Source: Flavobacteriales bacterium
Lineage (GTDB): Bacteria; Bacteroidota; Bacteroidia; Flavobacteriales_D; Parvicellaceae
Length of the DNA: 64,000 nucleotides
NCBI GenBank assembly: GCA_020635565.1
Contig: JACJZN010000010.1
Location: forward strand, 16,154 to 80,153
Direction: 5' to 3'
In this document: positions 38,200-48,236 of the stretch, piece by piece
Position numbering within the stretch: the first letter of the stretch is position 1
How the letters are laid out: each line of letters begins with the position of its first letter
The notes under the pieces: model-generated
Database searches by the model: none
The model's input: the letters and a program-made list of their open reading frames with translations, nothing else
What the model was told of the DNA's origin: nothing
Translations under genes and position numbers: made by a program

Positions 38200-38272
38200 C
38201 AAATATATGACAAAAATCACATTTCTTAATGACATAATCAAAGTAGACTTTAACAAGTTATTTATATTTTTG
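38200..38272. promoter_or_regulatory. Divergent promoters with tandem Crp/Fnr-type boxes
   Basis: TGACAAAAATCA (38208), TGACATAATCAA (38230) and TATTTTTG ending at 38272 on +. The kinase -7 element TATATTTG is on - at 38200-38207. Confidence 0.75.
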
Positions 38273-38292
38273 AAGAGTAAAAACTAAAAAAC

Positions 38293-39081
38293 ATGAAGAA
38301 CATACTTGTACCTACAGACTTTTCAAGCGCAGCAGATATTGCACTTAGATATGCTCTTAAACTGGCAGATCGTTTCAGTGCTAAACTTTTCGTACTAAAT
38401 AGTTATGAAGTTCCCCATAGTGGCGCCACCATGATGGTGAGCATCAACGACCTACTTCAGGAAGAATCTGTTAAGGGATTGGAAAGACTTAAAGATCGAG
38501 TAGGTGAAGATTATCCCGGAATAGATATTCAAACTATCAGTATGATGGGAGGAATTGATGTTTGTGTTCAAAAAGCGATTGATGAGTTCAATCTAGATCT
38601 TGTAGTAATGGGAACCACTGGAGCATCTGGAATAGAGGGAAAATTATTTGGGAGTAACACTGCGAGCATGATTCGCAATATTACTGCACCATTGGTGGTT
38701 CTTCCTCATGATGCAGAGATCAATGACCCATGCAAAATAGCTGTATCTACTGATTTCAAATTCAGTATTGATGATGAGATCTACAATCCAGCGAGAGAGT
38801 TTGCATTGAACTTCAGTTCAAACATTAGCTTCATTAACGTCACAACTGAATATAAAGAGGAAGAACTAGATGCTATGGAGAAGAAATTCGGTATGGACGT
38901 AGACTTTGTTTATAATGAAAATATAGAGGAAGGAATCAAAGAATATCTTGCGGACAAAAAAGTAGATTTATTGGTAGTTGTTGCTGAAAAACACAATATC
39001 TTCCATAGTATTTTCAAACCTTCACATAGTAAAATGATGGCAAGAGAATTGAATATTCCTATGATGATTCTTGCTCAATAA
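38293..39081 (+). CDS. Universal stress protein (tandem Usp domains)
   Basis: KNILVPTDFS and DLVVMGTTG...FGSNT. Confidence 0.95.
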   Translation: MKNILVPTDFSSAADIALRYALKLADRFSAKLFVLNSYEVPHSGATMMVSINDLLQEESVKGLERLKDRVGEDYPGIDIQTISMMGGIDVCVQKAIDEFNLDLVVMGTTGASGIEGKLFGSNTASMIRNITAPLVVLPHDAEINDPCKIAVSTDFKFSIDDEIYNPAREFALNFSSNISFINVTTEYKEEELDAMEKKFGMDVDFVYNENIEEGIKEYLADKKVDLLVVVAEKHNIFHSIFKPSHSKMMARELNIPMMILAQ

Positions 39082-39102
39082 AATGATTTGCACATAAATA
39101 TT

Positions 39103-39133
39103 GAAGGAGTGCCTTAGCGCTCCTTCTTTTTTT
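39103..39133 (+). terminator. Terminator after the USP gene
   Basis: GAAGGAGTGC-ctta-GCGCTCCTTC followed by T7. Confidence 0.8.
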
Positions 39134-39141
39134 ACATCAGA

Positions 39142-41484
39142 ATGAAAGAGCCATGCGCACATTGCGGAGAAGAGTGTACTAAAGGGGTAATCGCAATTGA
39201 GGATAAATCCTTTTGCTGTGATGGTTGCAAAACCGTATATCAAATCCTACAAGACAATGACCTATGTCAATACTATGGAGAAGGCGAAACACCAGGAAAC
39301 ACGGTACGAAACGAGGCATACTATGACAAGTTTGATGTATTGAACGATCATGATACCGCAAGACTTTTCACTCAATTCAGTGATGGGAAAATTCAAAAAT
39401 TCACTTTCAAGATTCCTTCAATTCACTGTAGCTCTTGTATTTGGTTGCTAGAACATCTAAACAAGATCAACCCAAAAATTATTTCCTCAGAAGTCAACTT
39501 TCAAAAGAAAGAGGTTCTCATTTCCTGCGATAAGCACATTACACTTAAGGACGTTGCGATACTTCTCAGCTCAATTGGTTATGAACCAAGTCTGAATGTC
39601 TCTGAAAATTTTCAAAAGAAGAGTAACTTCAAACTCATTCTAAAAATTGGTGTTGCCGGCTTTTGTTTTGGCAATATTATGCTTTTTGCATTCCCTGAGT
39701 ATCTAGGGCTTGATGATCAAGAATTCTCAAAATTCTTTGCCTGGTTATCATTTGTACTGAGCATACCTACTCTATTTTATGCTGGCTCTGATTATATCAA
39801 GAATGCCATCGACAGCATTCAGCAGAAGTATGTGAACATGGACATTCCGATCGCATTGGGGATGATCACCATATTTGGTAGAAGCACCTACGAATTGATC
39901 ACAGATATTGGCCCAGGGTATTTCGATTCGTTATCAGGGCTTGTATTTTTTCTTTTAGTTGGCAAATGGTTCCAGCAAAAGACCTATGACACTTTATCTT
40001 TTGAAAGAACTTATAAATCTTACTTTCCGCTTTCAGTCAACGTAGAACAAAATGGCATAAAAGTGCAGGTCAAACTAGAATCGTTAAATGTTGGCGATGT
40101 TGTATACATTCGAAACGAAGAGATAATTCCTGCCGATGGAATTTTACTTTCTGACAATGCTGCAATTGATTATGGCTTTGTTACAGGTGAATCTGACCCA
40201 ATAGAAGGTACCCGTCAGGGCATAATATATGCTGGAGGCAAGAACAGGGGGACTGAGATCAAAGTTCAGTTGACAAAAAAACCAGATAGCAGTTACCTGA
40301 CGCAGTTATGGAACAAAGACGATAATCCTTCCAAAGACTCTGTTAATACACTGGCAGATGCAGTAAGTAAATACTTCACATTCGCAGTTCTCTTCATTAC
40401 CTTAGGGACATTACTATTTTGGCTGATCGCAGATCCAGACAAAATCTGGACATCGGTAACTGCAGTTCTAATTGTGGCCTGTCCTTGTGCGCTGGCTTTA
40501 ACCATACCCTTTACACTTGGAAACTCAATTCGATATCTTGGTCGTAAAGCCATATATCTGAAAAACACGTTCGTAATCGAAAAATTAGCAAAAGTCAACT
40601 CCATTGCGTTCGATAAAACAGGTACCATTACCAAACTTAATTCAAAAAACATACACTATCATTCACTTGACAATACCTCTCTTGATCAATACAATTCTAT
40701 CATTCGGTCAATCGCTCAGAATAGTACACATCCAATAAGTATGTCGATCTCAAAATTCCTGAATAATTCTGAACTAATAAACATATCAGACTTCAAGGAA
40801 ATTGCAGGTTCAGGAGTAGAAGGCACTTATGAAGGTAAACGATACCGACTAGGCAAAATGAATCATAGTGAAGACGGTAATGTTGGATTCTTTATTGATG
40901 GCTCATTAGTTGGTTACTTCATTATAGAGCCATCCTTCAGAGAGGGTGTAGCAGAACTTAACCGAAGAATTGATCATCTGGGTCTAAAACAACACCTCAT
41001 TTCAGGTGATTCTGAAAGAGAAGATCAGGCCGTTTCTGAAATGCTGAAATTCAGCAATAAAAAGTATAGAGTAACTCCTCCTGAAAAGAAAGACCTTATT
41101 CAATCCATTCAAAAAAACCATGAAATAGTTGCCATGGTAGGAGATGGATTGAACGATGCGGGAGCTCTGTCTCAATCAAATGTTGGTATTGCCGTATCTG
41201 ATGATGTCAATTATTTCGTTCCAGCTTGTGATGTGATCATCGATGGAAAATCAGTTAAATATCTCGACAAGTTGATCAGATTTTCAAGAATAAACATGAG
41301 TATTATCAGGGGAGGATTCCTTCTTTCCTTTTTATATAACATTGTCGGCTTGTCATTTGCAGTAAGCGGCACGTTAAGCCCCATAATAGCAGCTATTCTT
41401 ATGCCCTTGAGTTCAATAACTGTTGTAGCATTTACATCCGTTTCTTCACGGTTGGCTTACCACCGTTTATTTGATAAAAACTGA
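39142..41484 (+). CDS. ccoI: P1B-type copper ATPase for cbb3 assembly (CcoI/FixI)
   Basis: CAHC...CCDGC N-domain, HCSSC, TGE, CPC, DKTGT, GDGLND and YN...MPLSS; adjacent to the cco genes. Confidence 0.9.
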   Translation: MKEPCAHCGEECTKGVIAIEDKSFCCDGCKTVYQILQDNDLCQYYGEGETPGNTVRNEAYYDKFDVLNDHDTARLFTQFSDGKIQKFTFKIPSIHCSSCIWLLEHLNKINPKIISSEVNFQKKEVLISCDKHITLKDVAILLSSIGYEPSLNVSENFQKKSNFKLILKIGVAGFCFGNIMLFAFPEYLGLDDQEFSKFFAWLSFVLSIPTLFYAGSDYIKNAIDSIQQKYVNMDIPIALGMITIFGRSTYELITDIGPGYFDSLSGLVFFLLVGKWFQQKTYDTLSFERTYKSYFPLSVNVEQNGIKVQVKLESLNVGDVVYIRNEEIIPADGILLSDNAAIDYGFVTGESDPIEGTRQGIIYAGGKNRGTEIKVQLTKKPDSSYLTQLWNKDDNPSKDSVNTLADAVSKYFTFAVLFITLGTLLFWLIADPDKIWTSVTAVLIVACPCALALTIPFTLGNSIRYLGRKAIYLKNTFVIEKLAKVNSIAFDKTGTITKLNSKNIHYHSLDNTSLDQYNSIIRSIAQNSTHPISMSISKFLNNSELINISDFKEIAGSGVEGTYEGKRYRLGKMNHSEDGNVGFFIDGSLVGYFIIEPSFREGVAELNRRIDHLGLKQHLISGDSEREDQAVSEMLKFSNKKYRVTPPEKKDLIQSIQKNHEIVAMVGDGLNDAGALSQSNVGIAVSDDVNYFVPACDVIIDGKSVKYLDKLIRFSRINMSIIRGGFLLSFLYNIVGLSFAVSGTLSPIIAAILMPLSSITVVAFTSVSSRLAYHRLFDKN

Positions 41485-41546
41485 TTAATATCATGTAGCT
41501 CTTTGATATTGCTCATATGTCACAAAAGTGTCATTTAGTCTCTTTG
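41482..41546 (+). promoter_or_regulatory. Tandem Crp/Fnr-type boxes plus promoter of the ccoS-ccoNO operon
   Basis: TGATTAATATCA (41482) and TGATATTGCTCA (41504); -7 element TCTCTTTG ends at 41546. Confidence 0.78.
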
Positions 41547-41574
41547 CAGTATACAATTTTTAAAAAGAGACATC

Positions 41575-41757
41575 ATGTCAATTATTTTCATGCTAACCGG
41601 AGTAAGTCTATTGCTAGCCATTGGATTCCTAGGAGCTTTCTTATGGGCAATTAGAAATGGTCAATATGAAGATGATTACACCCCATCTGTGAGAATGCTT
41701 TTTGAAGATTCGAAAAAAGAAAAAAAATCAAACGAAAATAAAAATCAAAAACAATGA
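41575..41757 (+). CDS. ccoS: cbb3 oxidase maturation protein CcoS/FixS
   Basis: One TM segment plus FLWAIRNGQYEDD...RMLFED. Confidence 0.95.
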   Translation: MSIIFMLTGVSLLLAIGFLGAFLWAIRNGQYEDDYTPSVRMLFEDSKKEKKSNENKNQKQ

Positions 41758-43967
41758 GTGTAGAGAAGTTTTATTATGACAACTCGATCGTAAAAAAGTT
41801 CGCGATTGTTACCGTAATGTGGGGGGTAATCGGGATGCTGGTTGGGTTGTTAGCAGCGAGTCAGCTGGTATGGCCAAGTCTGAACCTAACTTCGTGGTTG
41901 GGATTCGGTAGAATTCGTCCGCTTCATACGAATGCGGTCATTTTTGCATTTGTGGGGAATGGAATCTTTGCAGGGGTTTATTACTCTTTGCAACGATTGC
42001 TCAAAACCAGGATGTATAGCGATGTTCTGAGCAACATCAATTTTTGGGGATGGCAGTTGATCATTCTTAGTGCTGTAGTAACATTACCACTCGGAATTAC
42101 CCAAGGTAAAGAGTATGCTGAACTTGAGTGGTGGATCGATATCATGATTGCTGGCATCTGGGTTGTTTTTGGTTGGAACATGTTTGCAACCATTTTAAAA
42201 CGAAGAGTTAGACACCTTTATGTAGCAATATGGTTTTACATCGCTACATTCGTAACAGTTGCAGTTCTTCACATTGTTAACTCTCTTGCTATTCCAGTAG
42301 GATTTACCAATTCCTATTCACTTTTTGCCGGTGTACAAGATGCATTAGTTCAGTGGTGGTATGGACACAATGCGGTGGCATTCTTCCTTACAACTCCATA
42401 TTTGGGATTGATGTATTATTTCGTTCCGAAGGCGGCTGATCGTCCTGTTTATTCGTACAGACTTTCTATTATCCACTTCTGGGCATTGATCTTCATTTAT
42501 ATTTGGGCCGGACCTCACCACTTACTATATTCAGCTCTTCCAGACTGGGCTCAGTCTTTGGGGGTTGTTTTCTCTGTAATGTTAATTGCTCCATCCTGGG
42601 GTGGTATGCTAAATGGTCTCTTAACCTTAAGAGGAGCATGGGACAGAGTTAGAGATAACGTGGTACTAAAGTTCATGGTGGTGGCTATTACAGCCTATGG
42701 TATGAGCACCTTCGAAGGACCGATGTTATCATTAAAATTCTTTAACACTATCTCTCACTTTACGGATTGGACTATTGCTCACGTTCACGTAGGGGGATTA
42801 GGATGGAATGGTATGTTAACCTTCGGTATGATGTATTATTTGATCCCTAAGATGTGGAATACAAAAATCCACTCGATCAAATTGGCGAATTACCATTTCT
42901 GGATTGCTACTGCAGGAATCTTACTTTATGTAGTTCCTCTTTACTGGGCAGGTTTCGTTCAAGGGTTCATGTGGCAAGATTTTAACGAGGCTGGATCATT
43001 GGAACATAAAGTATTCCTTGACACAGTTACTAAACTTAGACCATTCTATATGATGCGTGCTTTTGGAGGGGGATTATACATCATTGGTGCATTAGTTATG
43101 GTTTATAACTTGATCAAAACTGCGAAAGCTGGCTCTTTCCTTGCAAACGAAGAAGCGGAAGCTCCTGCGCTTGTAAAAAATGCGAAGGTTCATGATGACG
43201 GATACTGGCACAGAACTATTGAAAGAAAACCAGTCAGAATGTTGGTTCTGAGTTTGATTGTAATTCTGATAGGAGGTTTAGTAGAGATTGTTCCTACACT
43301 TATCATTAAATCCAATATCCCAACTATTTCAAGTGTTAAACCATATACACCTCTGGAGTTAGAAGGTCGTGACGTCTACATTTCTGAAGGATGTTATAAC
43401 TGTCACTCTCAATTAGTAAGACCTTTGAGATTTGAAACAGAACGATATGGTGAATATTCAAAAGCAGGTGAGTTTGTATATGATCACCCATTCCAGTGGG
43501 GATCTAAAAGAACGGGACCAGATTTAGCTCGTGAAGGGGAAGGAAACCCGAAACAGCACCGAGATGATTATTGGCACTATGAGCACTTGATGAATCCTCA
43601 ACAATCGAATCCTGGTTCTATTATGCCTCCATATGCGCATCTTAGAGATTCTGAAGTAGATGTTGAAGGTACTAAAGCTAAAATGGAAGCTATGGTCTCT
43701 TTGGGCGTACCATATACTGCAGAAGATCTTGCCAACTACAAGACCTCTATGGATGAGCAAGCAACGAAACATGCCGATTACATTAAACAAAACTTAATGA
43801 ACAAAGGATTTGAGTTACCTGATGCTAAGTACCAAACTCTTAAGAAATCGAAAATGATCGCGTTGATTGCATATCTCCAAAGATTAGGATCTGACATTCA
43901 TAAACTGGAAGTTCCAGAAGAGGAAACAGAGGCTCAACCTAACGATAATTCATTAACCTTAAAATAA
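41754..43967 (+). CDS. ccoN: cbb3-type cytochrome c oxidase, fused subunits I and II (CcoN-CcoO)
   Basis: RPLHTN, WWYGHNAV, GPHH and HVH; then EGCYNCHSQ, WGSKRTGPDL and SIMP. Confidence 0.98.
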   Translation: MSVEKFYYDNSIVKKFAIVTVMWGVIGMLVGLLAASQLVWPSLNLTSWLGFGRIRPLHTNAVIFAFVGNGIFAGVYYSLQRLLKTRMYSDVLSNINFWGWQLIILSAVVTLPLGITQGKEYAELEWWIDIMIAGIWVVFGWNMFATILKRRVRHLYVAIWFYIATFVTVAVLHIVNSLAIPVGFTNSYSLFAGVQDALVQWWYGHNAVAFFLTTPYLGLMYYFVPKAADRPVYSYRLSIIHFWALIFIYIWAGPHHLLYSALPDWAQSLGVVFSVMLIAPSWGGMLNGLLTLRGAWDRVRDNVVLKFMVVAITAYGMSTFEGPMLSLKFFNTISHFTDWTIAHVHVGGLGWNGMLTFGMMYYLIPKMWNTKIHSIKLANYHFWIATAGILLYVVPLYWAGFVQGFMWQDFNEAGSLEHKVFLDTVTKLRPFYMMRAFGGGLYIIGALVMVYNLIKTAKAGSFLANEEAEAPALVKNAKVHDDGYWHRTIERKPVRMLVLSLIVILIGGLVEIVPTLIIKSNIPTISSVKPYTPLELEGRDVYISEGCYNCHSQLVRPLRFETERYGEYSKAGEFVYDHPFQWGSKRTGPDLAREGEGNPKQHRDDYWHYEHLMNPQQSNPGSIMPPYAHLRDSEVDVEGTKAKMEAMVSLGVPYTAEDLANYKTSMDEQATKHADYIKQNLMNKGFELPDAKYQTLKKSKMIALIAYLQRLGSDIHKLEVPEEETEAQPNDNSLTLK

Positions 43968-43974
43968 TATTCCG

Positions 43975-44175
43975 ATGCTTAAGTATATTAAAAATCACCT
44001 ATCTACGATAGACGGAATCGAGATCTATCCATTGATTTCATTTGGAATATTCTTCCTGTTCTTTATTCTGCTTTTTGTATATGTGTACTGGGGTGGCAAA
44101 AACAGATTTAAGGAAGTGAGTATGTTACCTCTTTCAGATCCTAACGATCCAAGAGAACCAAAAGAAGAACAATAG
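43975..44175 (+). CDS. ccoQ: cbb3 oxidase subunit CcoQ/FixQ
   Basis: Single TM segment, IYPLISF...LPL, located between ccoNO and ccoP. Confidence 0.88.
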   Translation: MLKYIKNHLSTIDGIEIYPLISFGIFFLFFILLFVYVYWGGKNRFKEVSMLPLSDPNDPREPKEEQ

Positions 44176-44199
44176 CCAACTAATTAAAACGAGAAAATC

Positions 44200-45195
44200 A
44201 TGAAATATCAAATAACATTCTGGATGCTTGTTGTGGCGGCTGTAATTTTACTTGCAGGTATCGCTATAATGGCCGGCTCCATTCAAACCTTGTTGAAAAG
44301 CAAGTCTTTTCAAGACAAAAAGAAAAAAAATGGAGGAGATGCATTGAAAACCGTTGCAGTCCTTCTTATGGGACTATTATTCTCAGGATCTGCATTTGCT
44401 GGGGGAACACCTGAGCAGGAGAATCCAATCTTTGAACCAGAAATGAGTGACATCATTGGAATGGTAATCGTTGACGTATTGCTATTGTTCATCTTTATTT
44501 ACTTTCAAAAGGTATTCAACAATTTAGCTCAAGAGTTACTTCCTGCTAAAGCACTTAAAGAAAGAAGTCCTTGGTTTAAATTAAACAAGGTTCTAACAGA
44601 CGCAGTGGACCTAGAAGACGAAGAGACTGTAATGATGGATCACGAATACGATGGTATCCGAGAATTAGACAACAACCTACCACCTTGGTGGAAATGGGGA
44701 TTCTACTTCACAATTGGATTTGCGGTTGTGTATCTGTTGAACTATCACGTGTTCCAATATGGAGATCTTCAATATGAAGCATATCAAAAGGACATGAAAA
44801 TTGCAGAAGAACAAAAGCAAGCGTACTTGGCGACCTTATCTCTATCTGTTGACGAAACAAATGTTACTCAGTTAACTGATCCTGCTGAGGTTAGCAAAGG
44901 GAAATCGATTTTCAAAGCTAACTGTGCCATCTGTCATGGTGATAACGCACAAGGTAATACGGGACCTAACTTAACGGATGAACATTGGATCTATGGAAAC
45001 GATATCGTTAATGTCTTCAAAACAGTTAAATACGGAACATCAAACGGTATGAAAGCTTGGGGGGATGATGACCTCTTACCAAATGAAATTCAACAGGTTG
45101 CATCTTATGTAATGTCTTTGCATGGAACATTTGCTCCAGGAGGATTACCTCCATTAGGCGAAAAACGTGAGAGCGTAACACCGGTTACAGAATAA
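44200..45195 (+). CDS. ccoP: cbb3 oxidase subunit III CcoP (one heme motif)
   Basis: HEYDGIRELDNNLPPWW; a single CAICH; GPNLTD. Confidence 0.95.
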   Translation: MKYQITFWMLVVAAVILLAGIAIMAGSIQTLLKSKSFQDKKKKNGGDALKTVAVLLMGLLFSGSAFAGGTPEQENPIFEPEMSDIIGMVIVDVLLLFIFIYFQKVFNNLAQELLPAKALKERSPWFKLNKVLTDAVDLEDEETVMMDHEYDGIRELDNNLPPWWKWGFYFTIGFAVVYLLNYHVFQYGDLQYEAYQKDMKIAEEQKQAYLATLSLSVDETNVTQLTDPAEVSKGKSIFKANCAICHGDNAQGNTGPNLTDEHWIYGNDIVNVFKTVKYGTSNGMKAWGDDDLLPNEIQQVASYVMSLHGTFAPGGLPPLGEKRESVTPVTE

Positions 45196-45219
45196 CCAAA
45201 TACAGACAATTATCTTCAT

Positions 45220-45253
45220 AAGGGTATTTCAATAGTTAATTTGAAATACCCTT
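45220..45253 (+). terminator. Intercistronic hairpin between ccoP and ccoG
   Basis: 13-bp stem AAGGGTATTTCAA/TTGAAATACCCTT with a weak U-tract. Confidence 0.55.
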
Positions 45254-45267
45254 TAATTTAACAAGTC

Positions 45268-46656
45268 ATGGAAAACGAAGAATTTAGAGACAAGATCTCA
45301 ACGGTAGACAAGAAAGGAAAAAGGGTCTGGATTTTCCCTAAAAAGCCAGTAGGAAAACTATATAACTACAGAAAAATCCTTAGTTATTTTCTTTTAGCGC
45401 TGCTTTTCGGAATGCCGTATATTAAGATAGGAGGGGAGCCGTTGCTGATGCTCAATGTGATAGAACGTAAATTCATCATTTTCGGACAGATCTTTTGGCC
45501 ACAAGATCTTTTCATCTTCGCTCTGGCCATGATCACGGGGATAGTTTTTGTCACTTTATTTACAATTGCTTTCGGACGGCTGTTCTGTGGTTGGGTATGT
45601 CCTCAGACAATATTCATGGAGATGGTTTTCAGACGAATTGAATATTGGATCGAAGGAGATTGGACTCATCAAAAGAAGTTGGATGCAATGCCTTGGAATG
45701 GAGAAAAAATCCGTAAAAAGACAATAAAACACATTCTCTTCTGGTTGATTTCGTTTGCTATTGCCAATACTTTCCTATCCTATATCATAGGTTATGAAGA
45801 ACTTTGGAAAATTATTTTAGCAGGACCTGGTGCCAATGTAGGAGGATTTATGGCAATAAGCATTTTCACTACAGTGTTCTATGCGGTGTTTGCTTTCATG
45901 CGTGAACAAGTATGTACTACAGTATGTCCTTATGGCAGACTACAAGGAGTTCTTCTAGATACCAAGTCTCTAGTAGTAGCCTATGACTATGAACGAGGAG
46001 AGGGTCGAGCAAAATATAAAAAAGGAGAAGATCGAGCTGCCAACGGCAAAGGTGATTGTATTGACTGTAAACAATGTATCCATGTTTGTCCAACGGGAAT
46101 CGACATCAGAAATGGAACTCAATTAGAATGTGTCAATTGTACAGCTTGTATTGATGCATGTGACCACATGATGGATAGCGTTGGGCTCCCAAAAGGCTTA
46201 ATCAAATTCAACTCTGAAGATGGGATTAAGAATAAAGCTCCATGGGTGTTCACTACCCGACTTAAAGTATATACTATTTTGTTGGTTCTTCTTCTAGGTG
46301 TATTATCTACATTGATTCTTACCAGAACTGATGTTCAGACCACCATTATGAGAACTAGAGGAACGACCTTTACCAAATATGATGACACACATTACTCGAA
46401 TCTTTTTGATATCAATATTACCAATAAGACTAATGACAACATGTCTATCACATTAAAAGTGCTGGAAGGAGATGGAGAGATCAAGATCATTGGTGATTCT
46501 TTGATCCTAAAGAAGCAGGATGAACTTTCTTCCAAATTCTTGTTGATCATTGACAAAGAGAATATAGACGCCAGCATTGACTTTGTAATTGGAGTATATA
46601 ATGGTGATGAATTGATCGAGAAAAAAGCAACTACCTTTATGGGTCCAAATATTTAA
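45268..46656 (+). CDS. ccoG: Cytochrome c oxidase accessory protein CcoG/FixG
   Basis: GRLFCGWVCPQT, CTTVCPYGRLQ and two 4Fe-4S motifs (CIDCKQCIHVCP, CVNCTACIDAC). Confidence 0.97.
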   Translation: MENEEFRDKISTVDKKGKRVWIFPKKPVGKLYNYRKILSYFLLALLFGMPYIKIGGEPLLMLNVIERKFIIFGQIFWPQDLFIFALAMITGIVFVTLFTIAFGRLFCGWVCPQTIFMEMVFRRIEYWIEGDWTHQKKLDAMPWNGEKIRKKTIKHILFWLISFAIANTFLSYIIGYEELWKIILAGPGANVGGFMAISIFTTVFYAVFAFMREQVCTTVCPYGRLQGVLLDTKSLVVAYDYERGEGRAKYKKGEDRAANGKGDCIDCKQCIHVCPTGIDIRNGTQLECVNCTACIDACDHMMDSVGLPKGLIKFNSEDGIKNKAPWVFTTRLKVYTILLVLLLGVLSTLILTRTDVQTTIMRTRGTTFTKYDDTHYSNLFDINITNKTNDNMSITLKVLEGDGEIKIIGDSLILKKQDELSSKFLLIIDKENIDASIDFVIGVYNGDELIEKKATTFMGPNI

Positions 46657-46660
46657 GATT

Positions 46661-47101
46661 ATGAAATTCAACTGGGGAGTAGGCATAACCATTTTTATTG
46701 TAGCCTTCATAACATTTATTCTTTCGTTCGTTTTTCGAGCATCTCAGATCAATACTGATTTAACCTCTGAAGATTATTACGAACAAGAAATAAACTATCA
46801 ACCTACAATCGATGCAAAGAATAATGCTGTCAATCTCAAGACAAAATTTGAATTCGGCCAGCATGATAATTTCTACTTGGTTCGATTTCCTGCAGAGCAT
46901 TATATAATCGAAAAAGGTAATCTACATTTCTATCGTCCTGAAAATGCTGATCTCGATAAAAACTTTGATATCACGCTCAGTAACAGTGGTGAAATGGCCA
47001 TTCCATTGACCAGTTTAACTAAAGGGGGATATCGTTTGGGAGTTCACTGGACAAAAGATGGTAAAGATTACTTCTTTGAGAAAGAAATTACGATTGAATG
47101 A
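46661..47101 (+). CDS. ccoH: FixH/CcoH family protein
   Basis: NWGVGI...DYYEQE..YQ...FYRP; downstream of ccoG. Confidence 0.85.
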   Translation: MKFNWGVGITIFIVAFITFILSFVFRASQINTDLTSEDYYEQEINYQPTIDAKNNAVNLKTKFEFGQHDNFYLVRFPAEHYIIEKGNLHFYRPENADLDKNFDITLSNSGEMAIPLTSLTKGGYRLGVHWTKDGKDYFFEKEITIE

Positions 47102-47895
47102 TTTTCATTTGGAGCGCCATATCATTAGGATTAGTTAGCAATTTCCATTGTTTAGGAATGTGCGGACCAATAGCGTTGGCAATTCCCGTGAAATCACACT
47201 CCATTAGCTCGAGATTGGCAAGCATTCTAACTTACAATAGCGGACGAATATTTACTTATGCGCTCATCGGAGGCATGTTTGGAATCTTTGGACAAGGTAT
47301 TTCAATGGCTGGTTTTCAACAGCAACTCTCGTTGGTATTGGGTGCTTTAATAATCCTTTCTGCTATCGCCATTCTGATTGATAGAAGAACCAATTTCCTT
47401 TCAAAGATACTTCCAAAGCAAGCCATGATTCTGCAACAGAAGATGGGCAATTACTTAAGAAAACAAGGTTATATGAACAACTTTATTCTCGGTTTTCTTA
47501 ACGGACTTTTACCTTGTGGCTTGGTTTACTTTGCGCTTGTTGGAGCTTTATCCACAGGATCTTTTATCAATGGGATTTTGTTCATGATCTTCTTTGGAAT
47601 AGGAACTCTTCCAGTGATGATTCTAATGCCTTGGATCAAAGACCTTCTGACCGTAAACTTTAGAAGCAAACTTCAAAAATCTGTTCCTATTTTTCTACTT
47701 GTATTTGGAGCGATATTATTTGTAAGAGGTGCGAATCTTGGAATTCCATTCCTAAGTCCCAAAGTAAACAATCATCCAAATACTCATGTAACAACCACTT
47801 CGACTAAGGAATCTAACTCAAAAGAAATTACCCCTCAAATCCAGACTATGGAATGTTGTCAGTCTGGTAGTGATAAAGACAAGTGTGAGAAGTAA
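47098..47895 (+). CDS. DsbD_2/TauE-like membrane protein of cco clusters
   Basis: HCLGMCGP, YNSGR and GLLPCGLVY. Confidence 0.92.
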   Translation: MIFIWSAISLGLVSNFHCLGMCGPIALAIPVKSHSISSRLASILTYNSGRIFTYALIGGMFGIFGQGISMAGFQQQLSLVLGALIILSAIAILIDRRTNFLSKILPKQAMILQQKMGNYLRKQGYMNNFILGFLNGLLPCGLVYFALVGALSTGSFINGILFMIFFGIGTLPVMILMPWIKDLLTVNFRSKLQKSVPIFLLVFGAILFVRGANLGIPFLSPKVNNHPNTHVTTTSTKESNSKEITPQIQTMECCQSGSDKDKCEK

Positions 47896-47901
47896 AATTT
47901 A

Positions 47902-48228
47902 CTAAGAAACCATCTTTACCTGGTCGAAATAACCTTTAACTTCTTCGGCATATTCCCAATTCATATCAACAATTGGAATTGTATAATATTGAAGGGAAGT
48001 ACTTCTATTATTATCTTTAATACATTCGATTAGATCTTTTGTCAAAATAGCTCTAGAAATAGCAGTCAAACAGTATTGTTTGAATTTAAGAAAACTACCA
48101 TTTTTGACTGTTTGATACTTAATTTCTTCCATAATGCTGGGGCTCACGACTAGCTTTTCTCGTGTCAAACAAATCAAAACATTCTCAAGATTTCTGATAT
48201 CTCTATCTTTTAATGTGATCTGAATCAT
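47902..48228 (-). CDS. Hypothetical protein, possibly CutA/PII-like fold
   Basis: 108 aa; the C-terminal YTIPIVDMNWEY resembles the end of CutA1 proteins. Confidence 0.45.
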   Translation of the reverse strand: MIQITLKDRDIRNLENVLICLTREKLVVSPSIMEEIKYQTVKNGSFLKFKQYCLTAISRAILTKDLIECIKDNNRSTSLQYYTIPIVDMNWEYAEEVKGYFDQVKMVS

Positions 48229-48236
48229 AAGCTTAC

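Noticed and set aside
39060-39141. Crp/Fnr-type box upstream of ccoI
   Set aside because: The nearest match, TGATTCTTGCTCA, has 7-nt spacing, lies in the USP coding end and lacks the 22/42-bp geometry.
41754-45195. ccoN-ccoO fusion and single-heme CcoP as novelties
   Set aside because: Both are the usual arrangement in Bacteroidota cbb3 clusters.
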